Source: Candidatus Hydrogenedentota bacterium (GTDB lineage: Bacteria; Hydrogenedentota; Hydrogenedentia; Hydrogenedentales; SLHB01). Taken from it: 35,651 bases of DNA. Location of the stretch: contig PWNM01000038.1 of the NCBI GenBank assembly GCA_003557825.1, forward strand, positions 1 through 35,651. Reading direction: 5' to 3'. The position numbers were made by a program, and so were the translations under genes. Positions 26,318 to 35,651 of the stretch are shown here, piece after piece (positions within the stretch are counted from its first letter, which is position 1; every line of letters begins with the position of its first letter). The notes below the pieces were generated by a model that saw only the letters and a list, made by a program, of their open reading frames with translations, made no database searches and was not told the DNA's origin.

Positions 26318-28672
26318 ATGAAACAAAAGAAAAAAGCGAAACGCGGAGCAGCCAATACAGCCCCCGGCAAAAATAACCTCGTCATCTGGCACGACAACCC
26401 CGCCTCGGAATGGAACGAAGCCACCCCGGTCGGCAACAGCCGCCTCGGAGCCATGATCCACGGGAATGTCATCAGCGAGCGGATTCAACTCAACGAGAAC
26501 TCGCTCTGGTCCGGTGCGCCACAAGACGCCGACAACCCCGAGGCGCTCGGAAAACTCACGGAAATCCGTACCATGCTTTTCAACGGAAAATACCGCGAGG
26601 CAATGCAACTGGCCGAGACATACATGGTTTGTCGCGGCATCGGCTCGAACCGCGGACGCGGCGCGAAGGTGGCATTCGGCAGTTACGAAACACTCGGCGA
26701 TCTCAACCTCGTCTTCAGCCATCCGCATGACGCCGAAGTCATCGGCTACCGCCGCTCGCTCGAGCTGGACTCCGCCATCTCCACCGTCACCTATTCGATC
26801 AATGGCGTGAATTTCCGCAGGGAAACATTCGCCAGCGCGCCGGACAACGCCATCGTCATCCGCATCACCGCAGACGAACCCGAAGCACTTGATTTCCACG
26901 TTTCATTGAACCGCTGCGAAGCCTTCACAACCCTGCACGACGGCGATTCCCGCCTCCTCATGCATGGCCAACTCTGGAATGGCGAAGGCCCGCACGGCAT
27001 GAAATACGCCGCCCGCCTTGCCGTCAAAACCGGACAGGGAAACATCTCCCGCGAAGGTGAGGGGCTCCGCGTTTCCGGTGCCTCCGACGTCACATTACTC
27101 GTTACCGCCGCAACAGACTACCGCATGTCCCTGCCGGACTGGCGGGACGGCGACCCCATGGCAATCTCGCTCGAACACCTCGATGCCGCCGCCGCCAAGT
27201 GCCCGGACGCCATGCGCGAAGATCACATCGTGGACTACCGTTCCCTGTTCCGCCGCGTTTCGATTGACCTCGGAGAGAACCCGGATGTCGCCGACATGCC
27301 CACAGACAAAAGGATCATCGCAATGCGCGGGGGCGATACCGACCCAGGCTTGATCACGATGTTTTTCCAGTTTGGCCGCTACCTCCTTATCAGTTCCTCC
27401 CGCCCCGGCACTATGCCAGCCAACCTCCAGGGAATTTGGGCGGATACCGTCTCGCCGCCATGGAGCGCCGATTACCATGCCAACATCAACATCCAGATGA
27501 ATTACTGGCATGCCGAGATGGCCAACCTCCCGGAATGCGTCGAGCCGCTCACCCGATACATTGAATTCCTCTCCGGTCCGGGTGCGCGCACCGCGCACAT
27601 CCACTACGGCGCGCGGGGATGGACTGCCCACACGATCACCAACCCGTGGGGCTTCACATCGCCGGGCGAGCGTCCCAGCTGGGGCCTTTCGCCGTCCGCC
27701 GGCGCATGGCTCGCTCAGCACCTATGGGAACATTACGCGTTCTCGATGGATGAGGACTACCTCCTGCGCGTCCTCCCGGTGCTGCGGGCGTCCGCCGAGT
27801 TCGGCCTCGACTGGCTCGTCCAACACCCGGTCACCGGAAAACTCGTCGCCGGCCCGGCCACATCCCCCGAAAACACATTCATCACGGCGACCGGCGAGAA
27901 ATGCAGCCTCTGCATGGGCCCCGCCATGGAGCAGCAGATCGTCTGGGACAGCTTTGCCAACTACCTCGAGGCAACCCGCATCCTCGGCCTCAATGAACCA
28001 ACGGCCGAAGAAGTCAAGAACGCCATGCCCCGAATGCTCGGTCCGCAAATCGGCTCGGACGGGCGACTCATGGAATGGAGCGAGGAATTCAAGGAAGCCG
28101 AACCGGGCCACCGCCACATCTCTCACCTCTTCGCCCTCCACCCGGGTCGCCAGATGAGCCGCAGCGAAACACCGGACCTCGCCGAGGCCGCACGCCAGTC
28201 GATCCTCGGACGCCTCGCACACGGCGGAGGCCACACCGAATGGAGCCGCGCGTGGATCGTCTGCTTCTGGGCACGCTTGGGCGACGGCGCGAAAGCCGGC
28301 GAAAACATGGACGCGTTGATCACCCGATCTACCCTCCGGAATTTGTTCACCACTCATCCGCCATTCCAGATCGACGGCAATTTCGGCGGCGTCGCCGGAG
28401 TGTGTGAAATGCTCCTCCAAAGCCATGCCAACGAAATCGATCTCCTCCCCGCACTCTCACCCTCATGGACCAAAGGCTCCGTCACCGGCCTCCGCGCCCG
28501 CGGCGGTTACGAAGTCGATATCGAATGGGCCGACAACTCACTCGTCTCGGCAACCATCCGCAACCTCGGCGGCAAACCCGGGACCCTCGTGCGATATGGT
28601 GAAAAGACCAAAAATATCCACGTCCCGGATGGCGGCTCCGTGACCTTGGATGAAACTCTCGAAATAGAGTGA
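26318..28672 (+). CDS. Alpha-L-fucosidase, GH95 (no obvious signal peptide)
   Basis: PVGNSRLGAM, QLNENSLWSG, FQFGRYLLISSSR, ANLQGIW, YHANINIQMNYW, SPEN, HRHISHL, FQIDGNFG and EMLLQSH. Confidence 0.95.
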   Translation: MKQKKKAKRGAANTAPGKNNLVIWHDNPASEWNEATPVGNSRLGAMIHGNVISERIQLNENSLWSGAPQDADNPEALGKLTEIRTMLFNGKYREAMQLAETYMVCRGIGSNRGRGAKVAFGSYETLGDLNLVFSHPHDAEVIGYRRSLELDSAISTVTYSINGVNFRRETFASAPDNAIVIRITADEPEALDFHVSLNRCEAFTTLHDGDSRLLMHGQLWNGEGPHGMKYAARLAVKTGQGNISREGEGLRVSGASDVTLLVTAATDYRMSLPDWRDGDPMAISLEHLDAAAAKCPDAMREDHIVDYRSLFRRVSIDLGENPDVADMPTDKRIIAMRGGDTDPGLITMFFQFGRYLLISSSRPGTMPANLQGIWADTVSPPWSADYHANINIQMNYWHAEMANLPECVEPLTRYIEFLSGPGARTAHIHYGARGWTAHTITNPWGFTSPGERPSWGLSPSAGAWLAQHLWEHYAFSMDEDYLLRVLPVLRASAEFGLDWLVQHPVTGKLVAGPATSPENTFITATGEKCSLCMGPAMEQQIVWDSFANYLEATRILGLNEPTAEEVKNAMPRMLGPQIGSDGRLMEWSEEFKEAEPGHRHISHLFALHPGRQMSRSETPDLAEAARQSILGRLAHGGGHTEWSRAWIVCFWARLGDGAKAGENMDALITRSTLRNLFTTHPPFQIDGNFGGVAGVCEMLLQSHANEIDLLPALSPSWTKGSVTGLRARGGYEVDIEWADNSLVSATIRNLGGKPGTLVRYGEKTKNIHVPDGGSVTLDETLEIE

Positions 28673-28797
28673 CCAACTCCGGGCCGCCCAAACGGGAAAC
28701 CATATCCGTACAAGCGAATAGGAGCAAACCGCCAACACCTGAACAGTCGCGATAAAGAAGAAGAAAGAAAAATCAGGGAAGAGAATGCCATTTCTCC

Positions 28798-28828
28798 CTT
28801 GACATGTGGCGGAAATTTTTCGCATTTT
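28798..28828 (+). promoter_or_regulatory. Promoter-like motif with no intact downstream gene
   Basis: CTTGACATGTGGCGGAAATTTTTCGCA; 19/27 identical to the minus-strand motif at 35450-35476. Confidence 0.5.
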
Positions 28829-29021
28829 GGCGCGGAACTGCATCCTCCCCATGACCGATGCCCGAATGACTGTTTGTAAACTGCTCTCGTTCATCGCGCA
28901 TCCGATCGCGGCTGTTGGCGTCGGTCCGCATGTTTACGCCGGAACGGGTGCCTATTACACCTCGGTGCGCCTTGTCTCCCGGCGGACGGTCCGCAACGAG
29001 ACGGGGAACGACGAAGGCTTG

Positions 29022-29054
29022 AAAAAGCGCCCGCCGGATACATCCGGCGGGCGC
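29022..29054 (-). terminator. Intrinsic terminator after the PEP-CTERM gene
   Basis: Perfect inverted repeat GCGCCCGCCGGAT-AC-ATCCGGCGGGCGC next to an A5 run. Confidence 0.85.
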
Positions 29055-29101
29055 AGATGTGTCAGGAAGCAATCTCTCCCCGACACCCACTCAATACCCA
29101 A

Positions 29102-29812
29102 CTATCCATTTTTCGAGCGACGACGCAGCCACGCCATCCCGAGGAAGAAAGCCCCGAAAAGGGCGGCGTAGGCGGAGGGCTCGGGAATGACGGTGACTCC
29201 CGTTGAGGCCACGGCTACATTGGCAGCCCCCGACCATCCGGCGACAAATTCAAAGCGATCAGGCGACAACCCGGCGTTCCGATAGCCCACGGTGGTGATC
29301 AAATCGTTATTCACGTAGATGTCGACAAACTCGCCGTCCCATTCCAGATCGATGTTGAGGAATTGCCCATCCTGTTCAATATTGAAGTTGGGGACCATAA
29401 ACACCAAAGCATTATCATCGTTCACACGAAGGGTCGTATTGTTATTCTGCAGCTCAAGGCGAACAACCTCATCGGGACCACCAAAACCGCCTCCCATAAG
29501 CACAAATCGGCCATGGGTTGCCGGCCTCGGATAAGCGGCGGCGAAAGTGAGAGTTGCTGAGCCCACACTGGCAGGTGTAAAGCTGGGCGAACGCAGGTTA
29601 TGGAATCCGCCTGCGAGATTCTCCAACTTCATACCGTCAGCAGAGAAGGAGAGGCTGTTAGCCGTCACGGCATCATCCGTAAGCGACCAGCCTTCAGCCT
29701 CTAGTTCAGCCCAAGTTGTGTCGGCGGTGAAGATTTGGGTAAAGACGCTCGCCGACAGGGCGAACGGGCATAGGGAGAGGAATGCATAACTGAATATTCT
29801 TTTCATGTTCAT
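29102..29812 (-). CDS. PEP-CTERM sorting-domain protein
   Basis: Signal peptide; VIPEPSAYAALFG + TM helix + LRRRSK; paralog of 12295-13005. Confidence 0.93.
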   Translation of the reverse strand: MNMKRIFSYAFLSLCPFALSASVFTQIFTADTTWAELEAEGWSLTDDAVTANSLSFSADGMKLENLAGGFHNLRSPSFTPASVGSATLTFAAAYPRPATHGRFVLMGGGFGGPDEVVRLELQNNNTTLRVNDDNALVFMVPNFNIEQDGQFLNIDLEWDGEFVDIYVNNDLITTVGYRNAGLSPDRFEFVAGWSGAANVAVASTGVTVIPEPSAYAALFGAFFLGMAWLRRRSKNG

Positions 29813-29854
29813 TTTTGGTTCTTTGGTTGTTGTGTTTCTTCATTACGGCGAATC

Positions 29855-30889
29855 TCAGGCCATCACGGCCCAGTCCGCGGTAGATTCGGTAACGGTTGGA
29901 TAACCATCGCGTTCATAGCGCCCGGCGGCATCGATAAGCGGCTCCGCCAGTTTTTCGAGGTCCCTTCCCACGCAACCCGCGATGTGAGGGACGAGGATGA
30001 CATTAGGCAGATCTCGGAGCGGGTGATCCATGGGGATGGAAATGGGCGTGGTCACGTCGAGAATTGCCGTGAGGTCGGGTCGGCCGGAGAAGATTTCAAA
30101 TAGGACATCATGATCCACCTGCCTCCCGCGCCCGGTGTTGATGAAGGTGGCATTGGGGGGCATCGCTTTGAACTGCTTGGCGCCGAAATATCCGTCCAGA
30201 TCGTCAAGGTCGGGCAGGTGGTTGGAGACCACGCGGGCTTCGCCCATCGCCGTGGCGAGGTCCACCGCGGAAACCCGGCATGCACGCAATTGCCGGGGTT
30301 CCGCGTAAGGATCCACAACCATTACTTCGATTCCGCGGTCGACAAGACGCCTGGCCAGGAGAGTGCCAATCGCACCAAATCCTATAAGGGCAACGGGCCC
30401 GTGGTCCACACCGCTGAAATTCTTATCGGTGAGGAGATGCTTCTTGGCGAACCTATCTTCGGCGTAAGCGCGCAGGGCCTGAAAATGCCCCTTGAGGGCA
30501 AGGTAGATCAAAGCATCGCAGTAGTCGGCCACCAGCCTGGAGTTGATGTCTTTGGCCGACGTCACCCCGATTCCGGCTTCGAGGAGGCGGGGAGCGAATG
30601 CCTTCACCGAACCTCCGGCATAGAACACATGGCGCAAACCGCAAAAGTGGCCCAGCTCTTCGCCCGACAACGGGGGAAATCCCCAGTTGCCGAAAACCAC
30701 CTCCCATTCGGCGACTCTTCCAGCGTGCCGTCGCAGCTCGTCAATGCAGACAGGCTCCGCGTCCAGTTCGTAAAGCGCTCCGATACGCGCGATTACCTCC
30801 GGCGTGTAAATCGCGCGGAAACTATCCCGATACATATCCGCTCCCGAGCCGATAAGGAAACCGGCTTTCCGTTTGCTCACCCTATCCAC
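29855..30889 (-). CDS. D-isomer-specific 2-hydroxyacid dehydrogenase family protein
   Basis: GFGAIG, VSNHLP, FINTGRG, AILDVT and PHIAG. Confidence 0.88.
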   Translation of the reverse strand: MDRVSKRKAGFLIGSGADMYRDSFRAIYTPEVIARIGALYELDAEPVCIDELRRHAGRVAEWEVVFGNWGFPPLSGEELGHFCGLRHVFYAGGSVKAFAPRLLEAGIGVTSAKDINSRLVADYCDALIYLALKGHFQALRAYAEDRFAKKHLLTDKNFSGVDHGPVALIGFGAIGTLLARRLVDRGIEVMVVDPYAEPRQLRACRVSAVDLATAMGEARVVSNHLPDLDDLDGYFGAKQFKAMPPNATFINTGRGRQVDHDVLFEIFSGRPDLTAILDVTTPISIPMDHPLRDLPNVILVPHIAGCVGRDLEKLAEPLIDAAGRYERDGYPTVTESTADWAVMA

Positions 30890-30916
30890 GCTTCTCCTTG
30901 GTCAGAGGGTCGGTGA

Positions 30917-32050
30917 TCACCGGAAAACATAAGACCAGGATCCGGTTTCGGTGACAGACTCCTGCGGCAAATGCATCCACTTGTTCAGCGTGTAACTGTA
31001 TACATCGGGCGCATGGCCGACATACAGCCAGCCGAGTGGGATTCCTGTGTCGAGAAACTCCGCACCGTTCGTTGCCGGATATCCCTCCAGTTCTCCGGCC
31101 AGGAAGATCCATGCCCCCGCCTCACCGACATGATCTGCCGGAAGATGCAGCCAGCTTTCCAAATCGTAACTATAGACCCAAGGGGTGTTGCCGACGTGAA
31201 GCACGCCGAGGAAGTCTCCCGTGTCAACAGTCACTCCGTCGCTTTCGAGCGGAAAGCCGGCCCACGTCTGCGGAATCACCATCCCCTCGGTTGGATCGGA
31301 GAGATTCATACCCGTATAGTCGATGAATATGTTGTCAAAATAGATCGGCTCCGCGGAATTGAGCGCGTCGAGGCCGCCGGGATGGATGATGAGCATGAAG
31401 GTCAGGAGGTCATCGAACTCCTGCACCCGGTAGATGTAGTCCTGGAAGGCCAAGGTCTGCTCCTCGAACTCGCCCCCCTTCACGTAAAGGCTGTAGCTGA
31501 GGTTGAAATGATCGATGACCCACCAATACTGGTACCAAGTGCGGATAAGGCTTTCACCAAAGGCGGGGGCATAACCGTTGGTGTCGTAGGCATCCTGTCC
31601 GTGGCGACCCATGCGCGAGAGAGCGGCGAAGTTCGCCCATTGCGAGACCACGGTGGTATCCCCCTCCTGCCTGACAATCTGATCGGGCGCGACGCGCTTC
31701 ACGCCGAAAGCGTAATCGCCCATCACATCCTCGATGGCGACTTCCATATAGAGGGTTGTGAGGTCGGTGACGGGGGCCGGCAGAGGACGCCAGATATTTG
31801 TGTGGCTGTAGGGCACGTTCCCGGACGATGCCGCCAAGACGCCGCCTCCCCTCGAGTCGTACGGGCGGTCGACGATTTGGATGAAGCCGTTGCCCTCGGG
31901 AAGGATGTTGTGAATTTGCCAATCTTCGATTTCAGCCGGATCATTGAAGGTGTTGATCACTTCCCATGCCGAGAACAAGGGGGCCGCCGCAACCAGTGAA
32001 GCGGCAACTGTGAGCGGGATAATGAGTTTGGGTATATTTTGTGTTATCAT
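30917..32050 (-). CDS. Secreted protein of unknown function with a duplicated Trp-rich C-terminal motif
   Basis: Signal peptide from MITQNIPK; tandem DTG..LG.L.VG..P.VYSY.L..W.HLP......G.W repeats. Confidence 0.8.
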   Translation of the reverse strand: MITQNIPKLIIPLTVAASLVAAAPLFSAWEVINTFNDPAEIEDWQIHNILPEGNGFIQIVDRPYDSRGGGVLAASSGNVPYSHTNIWRPLPAPVTDLTTLYMEVAIEDVMGDYAFGVKRVAPDQIVRQEGDTTVVSQWANFAALSRMGRHGQDAYDTNGYAPAFGESLIRTWYQYWWVIDHFNLSYSLYVKGGEFEEQTLAFQDYIYRVQEFDDLLTFMLIIHPGGLDALNSAEPIYFDNIFIDYTGMNLSDPTEGMVIPQTWAGFPLESDGVTVDTGDFLGVLHVGNTPWVYSYDLESWLHLPADHVGEAGAWIFLAGELEGYPATNGAEFLDTGIPLGWLYVGHAPDVYSYTLNKWMHLPQESVTETGSWSYVFR

Positions 32051-32096
32051 TGCTATAGTACGGGTGGTTGTTGTATGACCGGATAACTCCGGGAAA

Positions 32097-35000
32097 TCAG
32101 AAAGAGAGGCCGACACTGAAACGGATATTGAGGGGCGAGTAGCTCACCTGGGACCGCCGCTTGATCTCCTCGCCGTTCGCACCGGTGTAGGTCACGACGC
32201 GCTCGGCATGGCGTTGATCGGTGAGGTTGTTGATGTTGAGACGGAAGTCCCAGCGAAAGCGGTCGGTATCAAGGCGGTACATGAAAGCAAGGTCCGTGCG
32301 GAGCCGGTCAGGCGTGCGCGGCGTCGGGTATGGATTGATCTCGAGCGAACGCCCGCCGAGGGGGACCGAAGTCTGCGCGGATCCGGTGTAGATGAAGCCG
32401 AGTGCCACCCCGAGATTCTCGAGGGGGCCTTCACGGAAGGTGTACCTGCTCCAGAAAGACGCGTTGTGCTGGGGCGCGAAGTAGAGACTGACACCGGTGA
32501 GACCACTGTTCAGGGTCGTTGGATCCGTCGGATCGTCAAAGTTTTCGCGGCCGAGAAAATACACCCAAATATCGTATTCGGTGCCGAGATTCTCACCGGT
32601 CGTCGGGTGCAGAACCGGGACGAAGCGGAAGGGTGAGGTGGTCTTTCGCTCCACATACGAGTAGTTGACGATAAGCTGGAGACTTTGTCTTGGCGTGAGA
32701 ACGACATTGAAGTCCACCCCCTTCGATTCATCGGCAAAGGTGACAAAGTTTCCGGAGTGGATGGTGTTCCCCGCGTTATTCGCACCGTCAAAATCGGTCC
32801 GGTTCCAATTGATCGGTTTATCGGGGATCTGCCCGACGTTAAAGTTTTCGGGCCACGGGAACGGATCGTTGAATGCTTCTTCCATCACGGAGCGCAGGCC
32901 GGTACTGTCCAGGAGTTCGTAATTCACGAGAACATAAGTCTCACCGGTCGAGGCATTCCTTTCATAGTCGAGTATCCCGGGGTGCGTCTCGACCGTTATG
33001 GGGAGGTTGTCCGGACCACGTATAATCCGGCCATCTTCATCCCGCAGAAAGCCGGACTCCAGGACAATCGCATTGCCGAAGTCGTCTGCTCTTGCATTGC
33101 CCGCGTCATCGAGGAAATAGCGTTCGTGTACCCAGTAGGCGCGCCGATGGTCGGGATCGAAAGCCCGCTCCGGGCGGTTGCGCATGGTTGGTTCAATGAG
33201 AAACTCCGGCCCGTTGAGCCAAGCCCGCGGGGCAGGTGCATAGAGATAATCCCATGTTACGTTATCCCGCTCGATTTTCCAGAGGGCGATGGAGCCGGAG
33301 ATCATCCGCTCCATCAACTCGAACTTCAGACCCACTTCCTGGCTCCGCGTGCTCTCCGCCGGGATGGGGTTGTACAGACCATCCCGCTGGCCCGTATTCG
33401 GAGACACCCCTTCGCCCCGCTGGTAGTAGGCCGAAAGAAATTCGTTGAGGCGGTAATTAACACCGAAGGAGAAACTCGTCTCCTTCTCGGGAGGATCGAA
33501 TTGGTGAAACTGCGACCGCATCTCATCAAAGCCGAGGAGCTGGTTGGGGTTGCCAAAAGCATCAAAGGCCGGGTTGCGCAGGTCTACGCCGATTCCGAAG
33601 TCCTCCGCCGGAATGGCCCAGGACACGCGACGGTAGACCGCCGAAGAGACGTTGTAGCGGTCGTGCCGAGCCCCCGCGATGAGGTTCAGCCGGTCGCGGA
33701 AAAAGCTTCCGAAGTAATTCAGGTAATGACCGGTATACCACACTTTGATGCGGTTGAAATCCATCCCCGGTTCCGGGTAGGGTTCACCCCCGTAACGGAA
33801 GGGCGTCATGTCCGTGACCGCCCGGAACTGCAGGGGCTGCTCGCTCAAATCGGGTCGCCTCCAGTCAATCCGCGCGAAGCTCGGCGTGCCGCTCGCGTAG
33901 TCGACGGTGTCCTGGATGTCGTTGCGGCCCAGAAGGAAGGAGTGGCGTGCCTCGCTGTTGAAGAAAAAGGGTGTTTCCACGACATAGGAAAGCTCGGTCC
34001 GGACCTGGAGGTTTTTTCCCGTGGTCGGCCGTTTTTCCCAGAAGTAGTAGAGTAGCCGGAGATCATCGGCGGGGTCGAACTGCGTGTCGGCGTCCGCCCG
34101 GAAATTGGCGATCGGATACGGGGGCTCGCCCGGTTCCGGTTGCGGAAAGACATCCACCAGGGTCGGATCAATTCTCCCGTCGCGCACGCCTTCGCGGATC
34201 AAAATGGCCGCGTTGCGGTTAGTCACGGTGCCTCCCCGCAATATGCGTTCTTCAATGTTCTGTTTGCCGAAAAGAACGCCCGTTTTCAGAATCAGGTTGT
34301 GGTCGCTGAAGGGTTTGAGTTCGGAGTCGATGAGCTGGCTCCACTCGTCCTTGTGATAATACGTGTCGGGCCCCGTAAGGCGGAAGGAGCGAGGCAGGTT
34401 GCCGTAGTGGGGATCCCTGACCCAATCCACGTATTCACCGAAGTCGTTGCGGAATGCCGTGTTTGTCGTGTCCGCCTCGTTGAAGGAGTCGCGAAAACCG
34501 TAGGAGCCGGTGCCGTGATTGCGTTCCCACGCCGCCTGGGTCTCCGTGAATATCCTCAACATCCGCCCAAACTGCTTCTCAAACTGCAGGCCCACATACT
34601 GGCGTTCCGAACTCTGGAAATCCATCCAACTGTCCGAACTCTGCGCCGAGGCAAAAACCCGGTAGTTCAGACCCGGTGCCATCGTCGGGCCCGTCACATC
34701 CAACTCGCCGCGGACAAAATTCCGCGAACCCGCCATGACCCGCATATTGGCCCGGAACTCATCCAGCGGGCGTTTCGGGATGATGTTCGCAATGCCGGAC
34801 AAGACGCTCAGACCATACAGGAGCGACTGCGGCCCGCGCACGACTTCGATTCGCTGTGTGTTCACCGTGTCCGTGATGCCGCCGAGGTTTACGCCGGCAC
34901 TCGGGATGAACCCACCGATGCGGAAACCATCCCGTAACTGGAAGGGCGTGTTGAAGCCGCGGATTACAATCGCATTGTTGTTGCCGCCCACACCGGCCTG

Positions 35001-35432
35001 GGCGGAAGGCGAGCGATCACGCGAACCCACCGTGTTCACCCCAAGTGCCGTGCTCACCTCGGACTGCGTCGTGAAGACGCCCGCGACGTAGTCAAGCGCC
35101 CCCTTGAAATCCAGCGCCCCCGTGTCTTCGAGAAACTCCGCCGTGAGCACGTCCACCGTCATCGGAACGTCTCGGATCGCGACCGACAAGCGCGTGCCCG
35201 AGACCGAATTCGCTGCGAGGTAACCCATGTCGCCTTCAACGGAGACGATAAACGGCGACAATTCATAAAAATCAATGTCCTCCTGCCCGACCGCCGGAAC
35301 GAACGCCAACACCAAACCAAGCATCGCCGGAGCGCACATACGGCCGCTCACTGGAAGCGCCGGAGCATCGCCCCCCGCCCGCTGCGGCAGACGCTTTAAA
35401 GAAATAGATTTCAAGAGAGTCATGGGGCTCAT
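32097..35432 (-). CDS. TonB-dependent receptor (Opitutia type); start uncertain
   Basis: YELSPFIV..D.GYLA.NS.SGTRL plug, IEVVRGP.SLLYG, beta-barrel strands, RLNINNL.D and terminal Phe (VGLSF). Confidence 0.93.
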   Translation of the reverse strand: MSPMTLLKSISLKRLPQRAGGDAPALPVSGRMCAPAMLGLVLAFVPAVGQEDIDFYELSPFIVSVEGDMGYLAANSVSGTRLSVAIRDVPMTVDVLTAEFLEDTGALDFKGALDYVAGVFTTQSEVSTALGVNTVGSRDRSPSAQAGVGGNNNAIVIRGFNTPFQLRDGFRIGGFIPSAGVNLGGITDTVNTQRIEVVRGPQSLLYGLSVLSGIANIIPKRPLDEFRANMRVMAGSRNFVRGELDVTGPTMAPGLNYRVFASAQSSDSWMDFQSSERQYVGLQFEKQFGRMLRIFTETQAAWERNHGTGSYGFRDSFNEADTTNTAFRNDFGEYVDWVRDPHYGNLPRSFRLTGPDTYYHKDEWSQLIDSELKPFSDHNLILKTGVLFGKQNIEERILRGGTVTNRNAAILIREGVRDGRIDPTLVDVFPQPEPGEPPYPIANFRADADTQFDPADDLRLLYYFWEKRPTTGKNLQVRTELSYVVETPFFFNSEARHSFLLGRNDIQDTVDYASGTPSFARIDWRRPDLSEQPLQFRAVTDMTPFRYGGEPYPEPGMDFNRIKVWYTGHYLNYFGSFFRDRLNLIAGARHDRYNVSSAVYRRVSWAIPAEDFGIGVDLRNPAFDAFGNPNQLLGFDEMRSQFHQFDPPEKETSFSFGVNYRLNEFLSAYYQRGEGVSPNTGQRDGLYNPIPAESTRSQEVGLKFELMERMISGSIALWKIERDNVTWDYLYAPAPRAWLNGPEFLIEPTMRNRPERAFDPDHRRAYWVHERYFLDDAGNARADDFGNAIVLESGFLRDEDGRIIRGPDNLPITVETHPGILDYERNASTGETYVLVNYELLDSTGLRSVMEEAFNDPFPWPENFNVGQIPDKPINWNRTDFDGANNAGNTIHSGNFVTFADESKGVDFNVVLTPRQSLQLIVNYSYVERKTTSPFRFVPVLHPTTGENLGTEYDIWVYFLGRENFDDPTDPTTLNSGLTGVSLYFAPQHNASFWSRYTFREGPLENLGVALGFIYTGSAQTSVPLGGRSLEINPYPTPRTPDRLRTDLAFMYRLDTDRFRWDFRLNINNLTDQRHAERVVTYTGANGEEIKRRSQVSYSPLNIRFSVGLSF

Positions 35433-35449
35433 CAGTTCAACGTTGACGT

Positions 35450-35476
35450 TGCGAAAAATTACCATGCTCAGTCAAG
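35450..35476 (-). promoter_or_regulatory. Promoter candidate for the TonB-receptor operon
   Basis: The minus strand reads CTTGACTGAGCATGGTAATTTTTCGCA, the same architecture as 28798-28824. Confidence 0.5.
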
Positions 35477-35632
35477 AAAAAACGTCGCCCTCCGAAAAAA
35501 AATCGCGGGGGCTTCCTGCGGGCTCCCGCGCGCCCCGCCCGGACACACGGAGTCCCTCCCCGAAATCCGCTTATACACATTGCCCGTTCGAAAACGAGAA
35601 AGACTCGCAACGGATTGGTGTTGCGTCTCCTG

Positions 35633-35651
35633 GGAAGAGCCGATTTTAGAA
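35633..35651 (+). repeat. Terminal direct repeat, copy 2
   Basis: Identical to bases 1-19. Confidence 0.95.

Noticed and set aside
28806-29171. 121 aa ORF as a real gene
   Set aside because: It runs through a terminator and overlaps the PEP-CTERM gene; no recognisable domain.
1-35651. Integron, CRISPR array, prophage, tRNA or rRNA
   Set aside because: No integrase, attC-like repeats, regularly spaced repeats, phage genes or RNA-gene signatures were seen.

Overview
Carbohydrate-utilisation island that looks verrucomicrobial (PEP-CTERM proteins, Opitutia-type TonB-dependent receptor and C-terminal tails; lineage is inferred). It encodes GH29 and GH95 fucosidases, two heparinase II/III-family lyase paralogs, a GH105/GH88 hydrolase, a GH94 phosphorylase, a chimeric GH10 protein and a TonB-dependent receptor. 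The best candidate for a new system is at 19.5-25.8 kb. It is a non-phosphorylative L-fucose operon resembling the Campylobacter fuc locus (IclR, RraA-like aldolase, split UxaA, FucX-like SDR, lactonase, DHDPS-family aldolase). Its terminal aldolase carries a bacterial-microcompartment encapsulation-peptide-like tail and is followed by a double-domain BMC shell gene. That block sits between two copies of a promoter-bearing direct repeat and complementary IS4-like remnants. The rest of the window shows clear domain shuffling: AT-rich foreign catalytic cores grafted onto host signal peptides and tails, PEP-CTERM genes fused into a GH10 protein, and many gene scars. The first and last 19 bases are identical. 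All family assignments come from motif recognition by eye, without database searches.
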